Part shown: positions 41,190 through 49,958 of the stretch, piece after piece
Position numbering within the stretch: position 1 is the stretch's first letter
Layout of the letters: each line of letters opens with the position of its first letter
NCBI GenBank assembly: GCA_050014835.1
Contig: JBEKCO010000001.1
Coordinates: forward strand, 32,334 to 96,333
DNA length: 64,000 nt
Source: Acidimicrobiales bacterium
GTDB lineage: Bacteria; Actinomycetota; Acidimicrobiia; Acidimicrobiales; Bog-793
Reading direction: 5' to 3'
Program-made: the position numbers and the translations under genes
Notes under the pieces: model-generated
Seen by the model: the letters and a program-made list of their open reading frames with translations, nothing else
Databases searched by the model: none
What the model was told of the DNA's origin: nothing

Positions 41190-41261
41190 ACCAAGGCGAG
41201 CGACGAGATCGAGGGGCGGTGCTCGAGCTAGGCGTGCGGTAGTTGGACGGCGAGGCTGCGG

Positions 41262-41882
41262 ATGTTCCAGGTTCGGTTCCATGGACGCGGTGGGCAGGGC
41301 GTGGTGACCGCGGCGGAACTGTTGGCCGTCGCGGCGTTCAACGACGGTCGCCACGCCCAGGCCTTCCCGAGCTTCGGCGCGGAACGCAGCGGTGCGCCGG
41401 TGGCGTCGTTCTGCCGGATCAGTGAACGCGAGATCAGGACGCGCGCGCCGATCGACGAGCCGGACGCGCTCGTGATCCAGGATGCGACGCTGCTGCACGA
41501 GCCGGGGTTGTTCTCAGGTCTGAAACCCCAGGGCTACGTGGTCGTCAATACCGCGAAGACCCTGGAAGAGCTCGGTGTCGCGGGAATCGTGAAGGATCTG
41601 CCCGCGAACCACGTCCTGTCGCTCCGGGCGACCGAGATCGCGATCGCGCACCTCGGTCGGCCGCTGCCGAACGCGGTGATGCTCGGCGGTCTTGCCGCGC
41701 TGACCGGCGTCGTCTCACTTGCGGCCGTCGTCGCCGCCGTCGAGGAGCGCTTCTCGGGGGCGATGCGCGACGGGAACGTCGCCGCGGTGACAGAGGCGTT
41801 CAACCAGACGCGCGTCGGCCTGGAAGCACTTGTGGCCCACCAAACCAGTCCAAGGAGGACCGTCGGTGCTTCGCCAGATTGA
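41262..41882 (+). CDS. porG: 2-oxoacid:acceptor oxidoreductase gamma subunit
   Basis: Motifs RFHGRGGQGVVTAAELLA and FPSFGAERSGAPV. Confidence 0.85.
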   Translation: MFQVRFHGRGGQGVVTAAELLAVAAFNDGRHAQAFPSFGAERSGAPVASFCRISEREIRTRAPIDEPDALVIQDATLLHEPGLFSGLKPQGYVVVNTAKTLEELGVAGIVKDLPANHVLSLRATEIAIAHLGRPLPNAVMLGGLAALTGVVSLAAVVAAVEERFSGAMRDGNVAAVTEAFNQTRVGLEALVAHQTSPRRTVGASPD

Positions 41883-43119
41883 GGGCTCACGCGCCGTCGC
41901 GGAAACGGTTGCCTTGTGTCGTCCTCGGGTCGTGTGCGCCTACCCGATCTCGCCGCAGACCCACATCATCGAAGGCGTCGGGACGCTCGTAAAGTCCGGG
42001 CGGCTCAAGCCGTGCGAATTCATCAACGTCGAGTCCGAATTCGCGGCGATGTCCGTGCTGATCGGGGCTTCGGCCACCGGGGCCCGGACCTACACCGCGA
42101 CGTCGAGCCAAGGACTGCTCTACATGACGGAGGCGGTCTTCAACGCCGCCGGGCTCGGGCTGCCGATCGTGATGACCGTCGCCAACCGGGCCGTGGGGGC
42201 ACCGGTCAACTCCTGGAACGACCACTCCGACGCGATGGCGTTGCGGGACGCCGGCTGGATCCAGCTGTTCGCCGAGACGAACCAGCACGCCGTCGACCTC
42301 CACATCCAGGCCTTCCGTCTCGCCGAGGAACTCAGCCTGCCCGTGATGGTCTGCATGGACGGTTTCACCCTCACCCACGCCGTGGAACGGGTCGAGATTC
42401 CGACCCAGGAACAGGTCGACCGCTTTCTTCCGCCGTTCGAGCCGCGGCTGATCCTCGACCCGGCGGACCCGATCTCGATCGGCGGAGTGGTCGGACCGGG
42501 GGCCTACGCCGAAGCCCGTTACCTCGCCCAGGCGCGTCACCTCGGCGCGCTTGCCCGGATCCCTGAGCTCGTGGACGAATTCGGCCGCGTCGTCGGTCGT
42601 CAGAGCGGGGGCCTCGTCTCGTCCTACCGTTGCGAGGACGCCGAGACGATCGTCGTCGCGCTGGGCTCGATCGTGGGCACGACCAAGGATGTTGTCGACC
42701 AGATGCGCGAGGAGGGCACGAAGATCGGCGTGGTCCACCTCACGACGTTCCGGCCGTTCCCGGAGGCGGCGCTCGCCGAGGCGCTCGAGGGCGCCCACCG
42801 AGTCGTCGTCATCGAGAAGGCGCTCGCCGCCGGCAGCCGGGGCATCCTCGGCGCCGACGTCGACGCGTTGGTCACCAATCGAGGGACGAGGACCCTCACG
42901 GTCGTCGCTGGCCTGGGCGGTCGGGCGATCACCGAGGGATCGCTTCGGCGGGTCTTCGGCGAGGCGATCCGCGGCGAGCTCGGCGCGGTGAGCTTCCTCG
43001 ATCTCGACCGGGAGGCCGTCGACCGGGAGCTCGCCCGGATGGCGGCCGACGCCAGCACCCCGCCGAGCGTCGCACGCGTGTTCGGCGACCTGCGCGCGCC
43101 GACGGCGCGGATCGTCTAG
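41866..43119 (+). CDS. porA: 2-oxoacid:acceptor oxidoreductase alpha subunit
   Basis: GTG at 41866 after AAGGAGG. Motifs YPISPQTHIIE and SEFAAMS. Confidence 0.85.
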   Translation: MLRQIEGSRAVAETVALCRPRVVCAYPISPQTHIIEGVGTLVKSGRLKPCEFINVESEFAAMSVLIGASATGARTYTATSSQGLLYMTEAVFNAAGLGLPIVMTVANRAVGAPVNSWNDHSDAMALRDAGWIQLFAETNQHAVDLHIQAFRLAEELSLPVMVCMDGFTLTHAVERVEIPTQEQVDRFLPPFEPRLILDPADPISIGGVVGPGAYAEARYLAQARHLGALARIPELVDEFGRVVGRQSGGLVSSYRCEDAETIVVALGSIVGTTKDVVDQMREEGTKIGVVHLTTFRPFPEAALAEALEGAHRVVVIEKALAAGSRGILGADVDALVTNRGTRTLTVVAGLGGRAITEGSLRRVFGEAIRGELGAVSFLDLDREAVDRELARMAADASTPPSVARVFGDLRAPTARIV

Positions 43120-43128
43120 GGGGTCGAG

Positions 43129-44142
43129 ATGGCTGAACAGACGATCAGGTTCTACCAAGTCGGCAGTTTCGCGATCGGCAACCGGCTCGTCGACCCGCAG
43201 CAGCGCACCGTGCAGTCCGACCGCAACCGCTGGAACTCGCTCACATCGGGTCACCGGGCGTGCCAGGGATGCGGCCAGGCCCTGGGCGCCCGTTACGTGC
43301 TCGACGCCGCGATGGCGGCCACGGACGGGCAGATGATCGTCGTCAACGCGACCGGGTGTCTCGTCGCTTTTTCGACGCAGTTCCCCGAGTCTTCGTGGCG
43401 GGTCCCCTGGATCCACTCGGTGTTCGGCAACGCGGCCGCCGTCGGAACAGGGGTCGCCGCGGCGCTGAAGGCGGCCGGTGACACGAAGACCCGCGTCGTC
43501 GTCGTAGCGGGCGACGGGGGAGCCGTGGACATCGGATTCGGCTGTCTGTCGGGGATGTTCGAACGCGACGACGATTGCCTTTTCGTCTGCTACGACAACG
43601 AGGCCTACATGAACACCGGCGTGCAGCGCTCCGGCGCGACGCCCGCCGCGGCGCGCACCGCGACGACGGAGGCCGTCGGACGCGAACCCGGAAACGCCTT
43701 CGGCAAGGGCAAGAGCCTGCCACTGCTCGCCGTCGCGCACGGGATCCCCTACGTCGCCACGGCCACCGTCGCCGACGTGCACGACCTCGAGGCGAAGGTC
43801 GGACGCGCGATGGAGCTGCGTGGTGCGCGCTATCTCCATGTCCTCGTCCCGTGCCCGCTCGGCTGGGGCACGGCCCCAGAGGACACGATCCGTATCGCCC
43901 GCCTCGCCTGCGAGACGGGCCTGTTCCCGTTGTTCGAGGCGGCGTACGGCGAGATCCTCCACGCGACGCCGATCCGCCGCCTCGTCCCAGTCGAGGCGTA
44001 CCTGAGGCCGCAGAGGCGGTTCGCCCACCTCTTCGGTGACCCGCCGCGCACCGACGACATCGCCCGCATCCAGGGGATCGCGGACCGGAACATCCGACGG
44101 TTCGGCCTCCTCGGGACCGACGAGGAGGGGGGGCAGAGGTGA
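43129..44142 (+). CDS. porB: 2-oxoacid:acceptor oxidoreductase beta subunit (TPP-binding)
   Basis: HRACQGCG cluster ligands and TPP motif GDGGAVDIGF...YDNEAYMNTG. Confidence 0.85.
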   Translation: MAEQTIRFYQVGSFAIGNRLVDPQQRTVQSDRNRWNSLTSGHRACQGCGQALGARYVLDAAMAATDGQMIVVNATGCLVAFSTQFPESSWRVPWIHSVFGNAAAVGTGVAAALKAAGDTKTRVVVVAGDGGAVDIGFGCLSGMFERDDDCLFVCYDNEAYMNTGVQRSGATPAAARTATTEAVGREPGNAFGKGKSLPLLAVAHGIPYVATATVADVHDLEAKVGRAMELRGARYLHVLVPCPLGWGTAPEDTIRIARLACETGLFPLFEAAYGEILHATPIRRLVPVEAYLRPQRRFAHLFGDPPRTDDIARIQGIADRNIRRFGLLGTDEEGGQR

Positions 44143-45764
44143 GCGAGCACCCGTTCGCGGTCACGCTCGAGGCCGGGTCGAGCCGCGCCAACCTGACCGG
44201 ATCCTGGCGCGTCGAACGGCCGGCCTACGTCGACCGCCTTCCCCCCTGCAACGACGCCTGCCCGGCCGGGGAGAACGTCCAGCACTGGCTGTACGACGCG
44301 GAGGCCGGGTCGTACGAAGCGGCGTGGCGGTCGCTCGTCGAGGACAACCCGCTGCCGGCGACCTGCGGCCGGGTCTGCTTCCACCCGTGCGAAACGGCGT
44401 GCAACCGGGCGCGTCTCGACGAGGCGGTCGGCATCCACGCGGTCGAGCGCTTCCTCGGCGACGCCGCAGTGTCACGCCGCTGGCGGTTGCCCGAGCCCGC
44501 GGCGGCTTCGGGGTTCCGGATCCTCGTCGTGGGCTCCGGCCCGGCGGGCCTGTCGGCCGCCTACCACCTTGCCCGGCTCGGGCACGAGGTCGTGATCCAC
44601 GAGGCGGCGCCGGCGGCCGGCGGCATGCTGCGCTACGGCATCCCCGCCTACCGGCTGCCCCGGGCGGTGCTCGACGCCGAGGTCGGCGCGATCTTCGACC
44701 TAGGCGTCGGGCTCGTGCTCAATCGTGCCGTCACCGACATCGCCGCGGCGAAGGCCGAGGGTGATTTCGACGCGGTCTACCTCGCGTTCGGCGCGCAGCT
44801 GTCCCGTCGCGCCTACATTCCGGCCGCCGACTCGGCCCGCGTCCTCGACGCCCTGGCGTTCCTCGCCAGTAGCGAAGGGGCCGAGCCGGCCGCCATCGGG
44901 CGGCGCGTCGTCGTTTACGGGGGCGGCGACACGGCAATGGACGCCGCCCGCTCGGCGCGGCGCCTCGGCGCGGCCGAGGCGGTCATCGTCTACCGCCGCA
45001 CCCGCGAGCGGATGCCCGCCCACGACGTCGAGGTCGAGGAGGCGTTCGCCGAGGGCGTGCGCGTGCGGTGGCTCTCGACGATCTCCCGCGTCGACGAGGA
45101 CAAGATCGTCATCGAGAAAATGGAGCTAGACGCTGCCGGATTCCCGCAACCGACCGGCGAATACGATGAGCTCGGCGCCGATTCCGTCATTCTCGCCCTC
45201 GGTCAGGACGCCGACGTCGCGCCGATCGGCGATCTCGCGGGGGTCGAGGTCAACGACGGCGTCGTCGTCGACGACCACATGATGACGGGGTGCCCGGGCG
45301 TGTTCGCCGGGGGCGACATGGTCCGCGCCGAGCGCACCGTCACCGTCGCGATCGGTCACGGCAAGAAGGCGGCCCGCTCGATCGACGCCTGGCTGGCGGG
45401 CAAGCCAGAACACGCCGGAGAAAGGCACGAGCTCGCGCCGTTCGAGGACCTGAACACCTGGTACTACGCGGACGCCCCACGCACGGTTCAACCCGAGCTC
45501 GAGGCCGTGCGGCGCCAGACCGGTTTCGAAGAGGTCGTCGGGGGGCTCACGGAGTCGAACGCGCTCTTTGAAGCTCGCCGGTGCATGTCCTGCGGCAACT
45601 GTTTCGAGTGCGACAATTGCTACGGAGTCTGCCCCGACAACGCGGTGTCTAAGCTCGCAGCCGGAGATCGGTACGCCTTCGACTACGACTACTGCAAGGG
45701 CTGCGGGATCTGCGTTGCGGAGTGCCCCTGCGGCGCGATCGTCATGGTGCCGGAGCTGATCTAG
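44139..45764 (+). CDS. GltD/NfnB/SudA-like NAD(P)H flavoprotein fused to a PorD-type 2x[4Fe-4S] ferredoxin domain
   Basis: GTGA overlap with porB. N-terminal Cys region PPCNDACPAGENV and CGRVCFHPCETAC. Dinucleotide folds VVGSGPAGLSAAYHLARLGHEV and VYGGGDTAMDAAR. C-terminal CMSCGNCFECDNCYGVCP and CKGCGICVAECPCGAI. Confidence 0.8.
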   Translation: MSEHPFAVTLEAGSSRANLTGSWRVERPAYVDRLPPCNDACPAGENVQHWLYDAEAGSYEAAWRSLVEDNPLPATCGRVCFHPCETACNRARLDEAVGIHAVERFLGDAAVSRRWRLPEPAAASGFRILVVGSGPAGLSAAYHLARLGHEVVIHEAAPAAGGMLRYGIPAYRLPRAVLDAEVGAIFDLGVGLVLNRAVTDIAAAKAEGDFDAVYLAFGAQLSRRAYIPAADSARVLDALAFLASSEGAEPAAIGRRVVVYGGGDTAMDAARSARRLGAAEAVIVYRRTRERMPAHDVEVEEAFAEGVRVRWLSTISRVDEDKIVIEKMELDAAGFPQPTGEYDELGADSVILALGQDADVAPIGDLAGVEVNDGVVVDDHMMTGCPGVFAGGDMVRAERTVTVAIGHGKKAARSIDAWLAGKPEHAGERHELAPFEDLNTWYYADAPRTVQPELEAVRRQTGFEEVVGGLTESNALFEARRCMSCGNCFECDNCYGVCPDNAVSKLAAGDRYAFDYDYCKGCGICVAECPCGAIVMVPELI

Positions 45765-45886
45765 AGGGGTCCCGCTGCGGCGCGGCACCGCATCGGATCG
45801 GAAAGACGGGGGTCGGGGGCGCGCGGTGCGCCCCGGGCCCGACCAGGTGGGTGGCTGGGAGACTCGGGCCACCCAAGGAGGGTGAG

Positions 45887-47122
45887 ATGGCAGATCGGGT
45901 GGAACCGTCCGCGACGTCAGAAGAGACGGTCGACAAGCCGTCGGTCGGCGCGGCAGCGGTGGTGGCGGTCGTCGCCGAGACCGGCGAGGGCGAGCACCGG
46001 GTCGCGCTCGTACCCGAGGACGTGGCGAAGCTCCATTCCGCCGGCTTCGACGTCCTCGTCGAGGCGGACGCCGGCAAGCGGGCGTGGTTCCTCGACGACG
46101 CCTACGCCGGGGCCGGGGCGAAGGTCGTCGACCGGTCGACGTGTCTCGCCCGCGCCGACGTACTGCTCTTCGTCGGACGCCCGAGCGATACCGACGTGAA
46201 GAAGCTGAGGCCGGGCCAGGTTGTCATCGGCATGCTCGCCCCGCTCGTCGACCCCGGGTTCGCCGCGCGGCTCGGCGATCAGGGCGTCACCGCCGTGAGC
46301 CTCGATACCCTGCCGCGCACGCTCAGCCGCGCCCAGTCGATGGACGCCCTCAGTTCGCAGGCGAACATCGCCGGCTACAAGGCGGCACTCGTCGCGGCGA
46401 ACGCCTACGGGCGCTACTACCCGCTCCTCATGACGGCGGCGGGGACGGTCCGACCCGCGGAGGTGCTCGTCCTCGGCGCCGGTGTCGCCGGTCTCCAGGC
46501 CATCGCGACGACGCACCGGCTTGGTGCGATCGTGCGGGGCTATGACGTCCGTCCCGAGGCGAAAGAACAGGTCGAGTCGCTTGGCGGGCGCTTCGTCGAG
46601 CTGAAGTCGGTCGCCGAGGCGGTCGGCGAAGGCGGTTACGCACGTGCCCTCACCGCCGAGGAGACGAAGGCGCAACAGGAGGAGCTGAACGGGTACGTCG
46701 CGCAGCACGACGTCGTGATCACGACGGCGCAGGTGCCCGGGCGCCGCCCGCCGCTCCTCGTCACCGCCGACGCCGTGTCAGCGATGCGTGCCGGTTCCGT
46801 GATCGTCGACATGGCAGCGAGCAACCTCGGCGGCAACGTCGAGGCGTCCCGTCCCGACGAGACCGTCGTCACCGCGAACGGCGTCACGGTCATCGGGGCG
46901 GGCAACCTCGCCTCGACGATGGCGAACGCCGCCTCCACGGCGTATTCGCACAACATCTGCGCGCTCTTCGCGCACCTCGTGAAGGACGGCAAGGTCGTCG
47001 TCGACCTCGCCGACGAGATCCAGGTGGGCGTCGTGATCACCGACGGGGGCAAGGTGGTCAACCTCGCGACGGCGGAACTCGCGGGGCCAGCAGCCAGCAA
47101 GTCTCTAGTGAACGGAGCTTGA
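45887..47122 (+). CDS. pntAA: NAD(P) transhydrogenase subunit alpha part 1
   Basis: ATG at 45887 after AAGGAGGG. NAD site VLGAGVAGLQAIATTHRLGA. Confidence 0.85.
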   Translation: MADRVEPSATSEETVDKPSVGAAAVVAVVAETGEGEHRVALVPEDVAKLHSAGFDVLVEADAGKRAWFLDDAYAGAGAKVVDRSTCLARADVLLFVGRPSDTDVKKLRPGQVVIGMLAPLVDPGFAARLGDQGVTAVSLDTLPRTLSRAQSMDALSSQANIAGYKAALVAANAYGRYYPLLMTAAGTVRPAEVLVLGAGVAGLQAIATTHRLGAIVRGYDVRPEAKEQVESLGGRFVELKSVAEAVGEGGYARALTAEETKAQQEELNGYVAQHDVVITTAQVPGRRPPLLVTADAVSAMRAGSVIVDMAASNLGGNVEASRPDETVVTANGVTVIGAGNLASTMANAASTAYSHNICALFAHLVKDGKVVVDLADEIQVGVVITDGGKVVNLATAELAGPAASKSLVNGA

Positions 47123-47126
47123 GTCG

Positions 47127-47453
47127 ATGGATACGAGTCTGATCACTGATGTCTCGATCTTCGTGCTCAGTCTTCTCGTGGGGTTCGAGGTGATCTCCAA
47201 GGTTCCCCAGACGCTCCACACACCGTTGATGTCGGCCGCGAACTCCATCCACGGCGTCGTCATCGTCGGGGCGTTCCTCATCGCCTCGACGGCGCACGAC
47301 GCAGTCGGCTACACGCTCGCCTTCGTCGCCGCGGTATTCGCGGGCATGAACGTCGTCGGCGGCTACACGGTCACCGACCGCATGCTGAAGATGTTCCAAC
47401 GCCGACCGGCGGCGGCGAGGAGCGAGGCGACCGAGAACGGAGGCAAGTCCTGA
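47127..47453 (+). CDS. pntAB: NAD(P) transhydrogenase subunit alpha part 2 (membrane)
   Basis: 108 aa with three TM helices. Sits between pntAA and pntB. Confidence 0.85.
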   Translation: MDTSLITDVSIFVLSLLVGFEVISKVPQTLHTPLMSAANSIHGVVIVGAFLIASTAHDAVGYTLAFVAAVFAGMNVVGGYTVTDRMLKMFQRRPAAARSEATENGGKS

Positions 47454-48880
47454 TGGGCACCTTCAACGACGTCATCGCGCTCATCTACCTCGCCTCGGCG
47501 ACGTGCTTCGTCATCGGGCTCCATCTCATGAACGCCCCGCCGACGGCGAACCACGGCAATCGGCTCTCCGCGCTCGGCATGGCGGTCGCCGTGGGGGCGA
47601 CGCTCGCCCTCATCGCCCACGACGGGACGATCTCGACCACCGGCTGGCTGATGCTCGCCGTGGGCGGGGTTCTCGGTTCCGGTCTCGGGCTCTACCTCGC
47701 CCGGACCGTCGAGATGACGGCGATGCCGCAGCTCGTCAGCCTGTTCAACGCCGTCGGCGGCGGGGCGGCGGCGCTCGTCGCGATCGCCGATTTCATCCGG
47801 CTCGCCGGGATCCTCCACGCCCCGACGATCGCGGCGCGCATTTCGGTGACGAGCGTTCTCGACGTCGTGATCGGCGCCGTGACGCTCTCGGGCTCGGTCG
47901 TCGCGGCGGGCAAACTGCAGGGATTCATCCCGTCCGAGCCGATCGTCGTCCCCTCTGGTCGCATCGTGAACCTCGTGCTCGCGCTGGCGCTGTGCGCCGG
48001 GACCGGGTACATCCTGTCGGGGGCGAACAGTGACGTCACGCTGATCGGGATCGCGGTCGCCGCCCTCATCATGGGCGTGATCATGGTCCTGCCGATCGGC
48101 GGCGCGGACATGCCGGTCGTGATCTCGCTCCTCAACGCCTTCACTGGCACGGCCGTCGCGATGGCAGGATTCGTGATCAACAGCGTCGGTCTCATCATCG
48201 CCGGCGCGCTCGTCGGCGCCTCGGGGAGCATCCTCACGAAGCTGATGGCCGACGCGATGAACCGGTCGATCCTCAACATCGTGGCCGGCGGGTTCGGCAC
48301 GGGCGACACGGCGAGCGTCATCGGCGCCGGTGCGACCGGTCAGGTGCGCTCGGTGGGAGCCGACGACGTCGCGATCCAGCTCGCCTACGCGCAGAAGGTG
48401 ATCATCGTCCCGGGCTACGGGCTCGCGGCGGCGCACGCCCAGTACGCGGTGAAGGAGCTGGCCGACTTACTCGAGAAGCGGGGCGTCGAGGTCTCCTACG
48501 CGATCCACCCGGTCGCCGGACGGATGCCGGGCCACATGAACGTCCTGCTCGCCGAGGCCGAGGTTCCCTATCAGCAGCTCAAGACGATGGAGGAGATCAA
48601 CCCCGAGTTCCCCCGCGCCGACGTCGCCCTCGTCATCGGGGCGAACGACGTGACGAACCCGGCGGCCCGCAGGCCGGGCAACGCCGTGTCCGGCATGCCG
48701 ATCCTCGACGTCGACAAGGCGAAAAGCATCATCGTCATCAAGCGCTCGATGGGCCACGGCTACGCCGGGATCGACAACGAGCTCTACAACGACCCGAAGA
48801 CCGGCATGTTCTTCGCCGACGCCCAGGCCGGCCTACGGGCGATCGTCGCCGCGGTGAAGACGCTCGTCGGGGTGGACTGA
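47453..48880 (+). CDS. pntB: NAD(P) transhydrogenase subunit beta
   Basis: Polytopic N-terminus and a C-terminal NADP domain with GYGLAAAHAQ and VIGANDVTNPAA. Confidence 0.9.
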   Translation: MGTFNDVIALIYLASATCFVIGLHLMNAPPTANHGNRLSALGMAVAVGATLALIAHDGTISTTGWLMLAVGGVLGSGLGLYLARTVEMTAMPQLVSLFNAVGGGAAALVAIADFIRLAGILHAPTIAARISVTSVLDVVIGAVTLSGSVVAAGKLQGFIPSEPIVVPSGRIVNLVLALALCAGTGYILSGANSDVTLIGIAVAALIMGVIMVLPIGGADMPVVISLLNAFTGTAVAMAGFVINSVGLIIAGALVGASGSILTKLMADAMNRSILNIVAGGFGTGDTASVIGAGATGQVRSVGADDVAIQLAYAQKVIIVPGYGLAAAHAQYAVKELADLLEKRGVEVSYAIHPVAGRMPGHMNVLLAEAEVPYQQLKTMEEINPEFPRADVALVIGANDVTNPAARRPGNAVSGMPILDVDKAKSIIVIKRSMGHGYAGIDNELYNDPKTGMFFADAQAGLRAIVAAVKTLVGVD

Positions 48881-48955
48881 CCCCGACCCATTCGTAACGG
48901 CCCCGGCGGGCACCCCGCGACCCGCCGGACCGCGACCGGGGTCGCCGCGCGCTGA

Positions 48956-49000
48956 GCGCGGCACCCCGTCCTCGCGCCGGTGCCCACCGGGGTGCCGCGC
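48956..49000 (+). terminator. 13 bp perfect inverted repeat downstream of pntB
   Basis: GCGCGGCACCCCG (48956-48968) pairs with CGGGGTGCCGCGC (48988-49000) across a 19 nt loop. No adjacent U-tract. Confidence 0.4.
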
Positions 49001-49226
49001 CGCCGCGTCCATCCGCTCTCTGACACGGCCCCACATCGCACCACCGCGTCCCCGGAGCGCGGCCATTGACGCCGCGGCGGTGCCGAACTGGGCGAATCCG
49101 GTCCCCAATCGGCGCCCGTGCCTTTTTTTGGTCGCGAATCGGCCGCGTCCCGCCGCCGGCACGTGAGAAACGGTGGGGGACGTCACGCGTTCGGGCAGGC
49201 CGCGAGCGTCCGGGAACTCTTTGTGG

Positions 49227-49255
49227 TTGACGGTGGAGGGATTGACACATAGAGT
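49227..49255 (+). promoter_or_regulatory. candidate housekeeping-sigma promoter of mraZ and the dcw cluster
   Basis: TTGACG (49227-49232), a 17 nt spacer, then TAGAGT (49250-49255). It lies about 75 nt upstream of the mraZ start. Confidence 0.45.
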
Positions 49256-49329
49256 GGCGCGAAATGGAGGGCAGGGGAGCGGAGTCACCCAATCGGCGAC
49301 CCGTGGTTTGAGAAGGAAGGGCAACCACG

Positions 49330-49752
49330 TTGGGCCCCGAGAGCAGCTTCTTTGGGAGGTATGACCACTCACTCGACTCGAAGGGTCGACTGATCCTCCC
49401 TGCCCGTATCCGCTCCCGCCTCGGTCCCCGCTGCTTCCTCACCCCCCACCTCGAGGGCTGCGTCGCGATCTGGACGCCGGAGACCTTCCAGGCCGAGATC
49501 GACACCCGGGAGCAGTCCGCCGTCGACACCTGGACGCGCAACCAGGTGCGCGAGTGGTGCTCGGCGATCGACGAGATCGAGATCGACAACCAGGGCCGGA
49601 TCCTCATCGCGACGGACCTGCGGAGCTACGCGGGCCTCGAACGCGAGGTCGTCATCGTCGGCGTCATGGACCACGTCGAGCTGTGGTCCCCGCCGGCCTG
49701 GAACGCCAAGGCGCTCGACCCGACGGGCGCGGCCGTCACGACCGGCGCGTGA
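49330..49752 (+). CDS. mraZ: transcriptional regulator MraZ
   Basis: TTG start. Two SpoVT/AbrB-like repeats with the DxxxR-type motifs DSKGRLILP and DNQGRILI. Confidence 0.85.
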   Translation: MGPESSFFGRYDHSLDSKGRLILPARIRSRLGPRCFLTPHLEGCVAIWTPETFQAEIDTREQSAVDTWTRNQVREWCSAIDEIEIDNQGRILIATDLRSYAGLEREVVIVGVMDHVELWSPPAWNAKALDPTGAAVTTGA

Positions 49753-49958
49753 CCGTGACGGAGACCGACCGTGCGCTTCTCCGACCCTGTCAGCACCGGA
49801 CGCGCCCGTGTCGTCAGACTCGCTCCCCGAGGAATGTCCCCTGGCTCATCCGCAGCTCCTCGGCTGCGGCCAAGGATGGCCAGCATCAACCCCTCTCCGC
49901 CGATCTCCATCCGTTCTGCAGGGCGACCCTCGCCCGGCCAGAAGTCGGGGAGCTGCGG

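Noticed and set aside
41887-44028. 713 aa minus-strand ORF.
   Set aside because: It is antisense to porA and porB, which carry clear TPP and Fe-S motifs. It is Arg/Asp/Gly-rich. This is a GC artefact.
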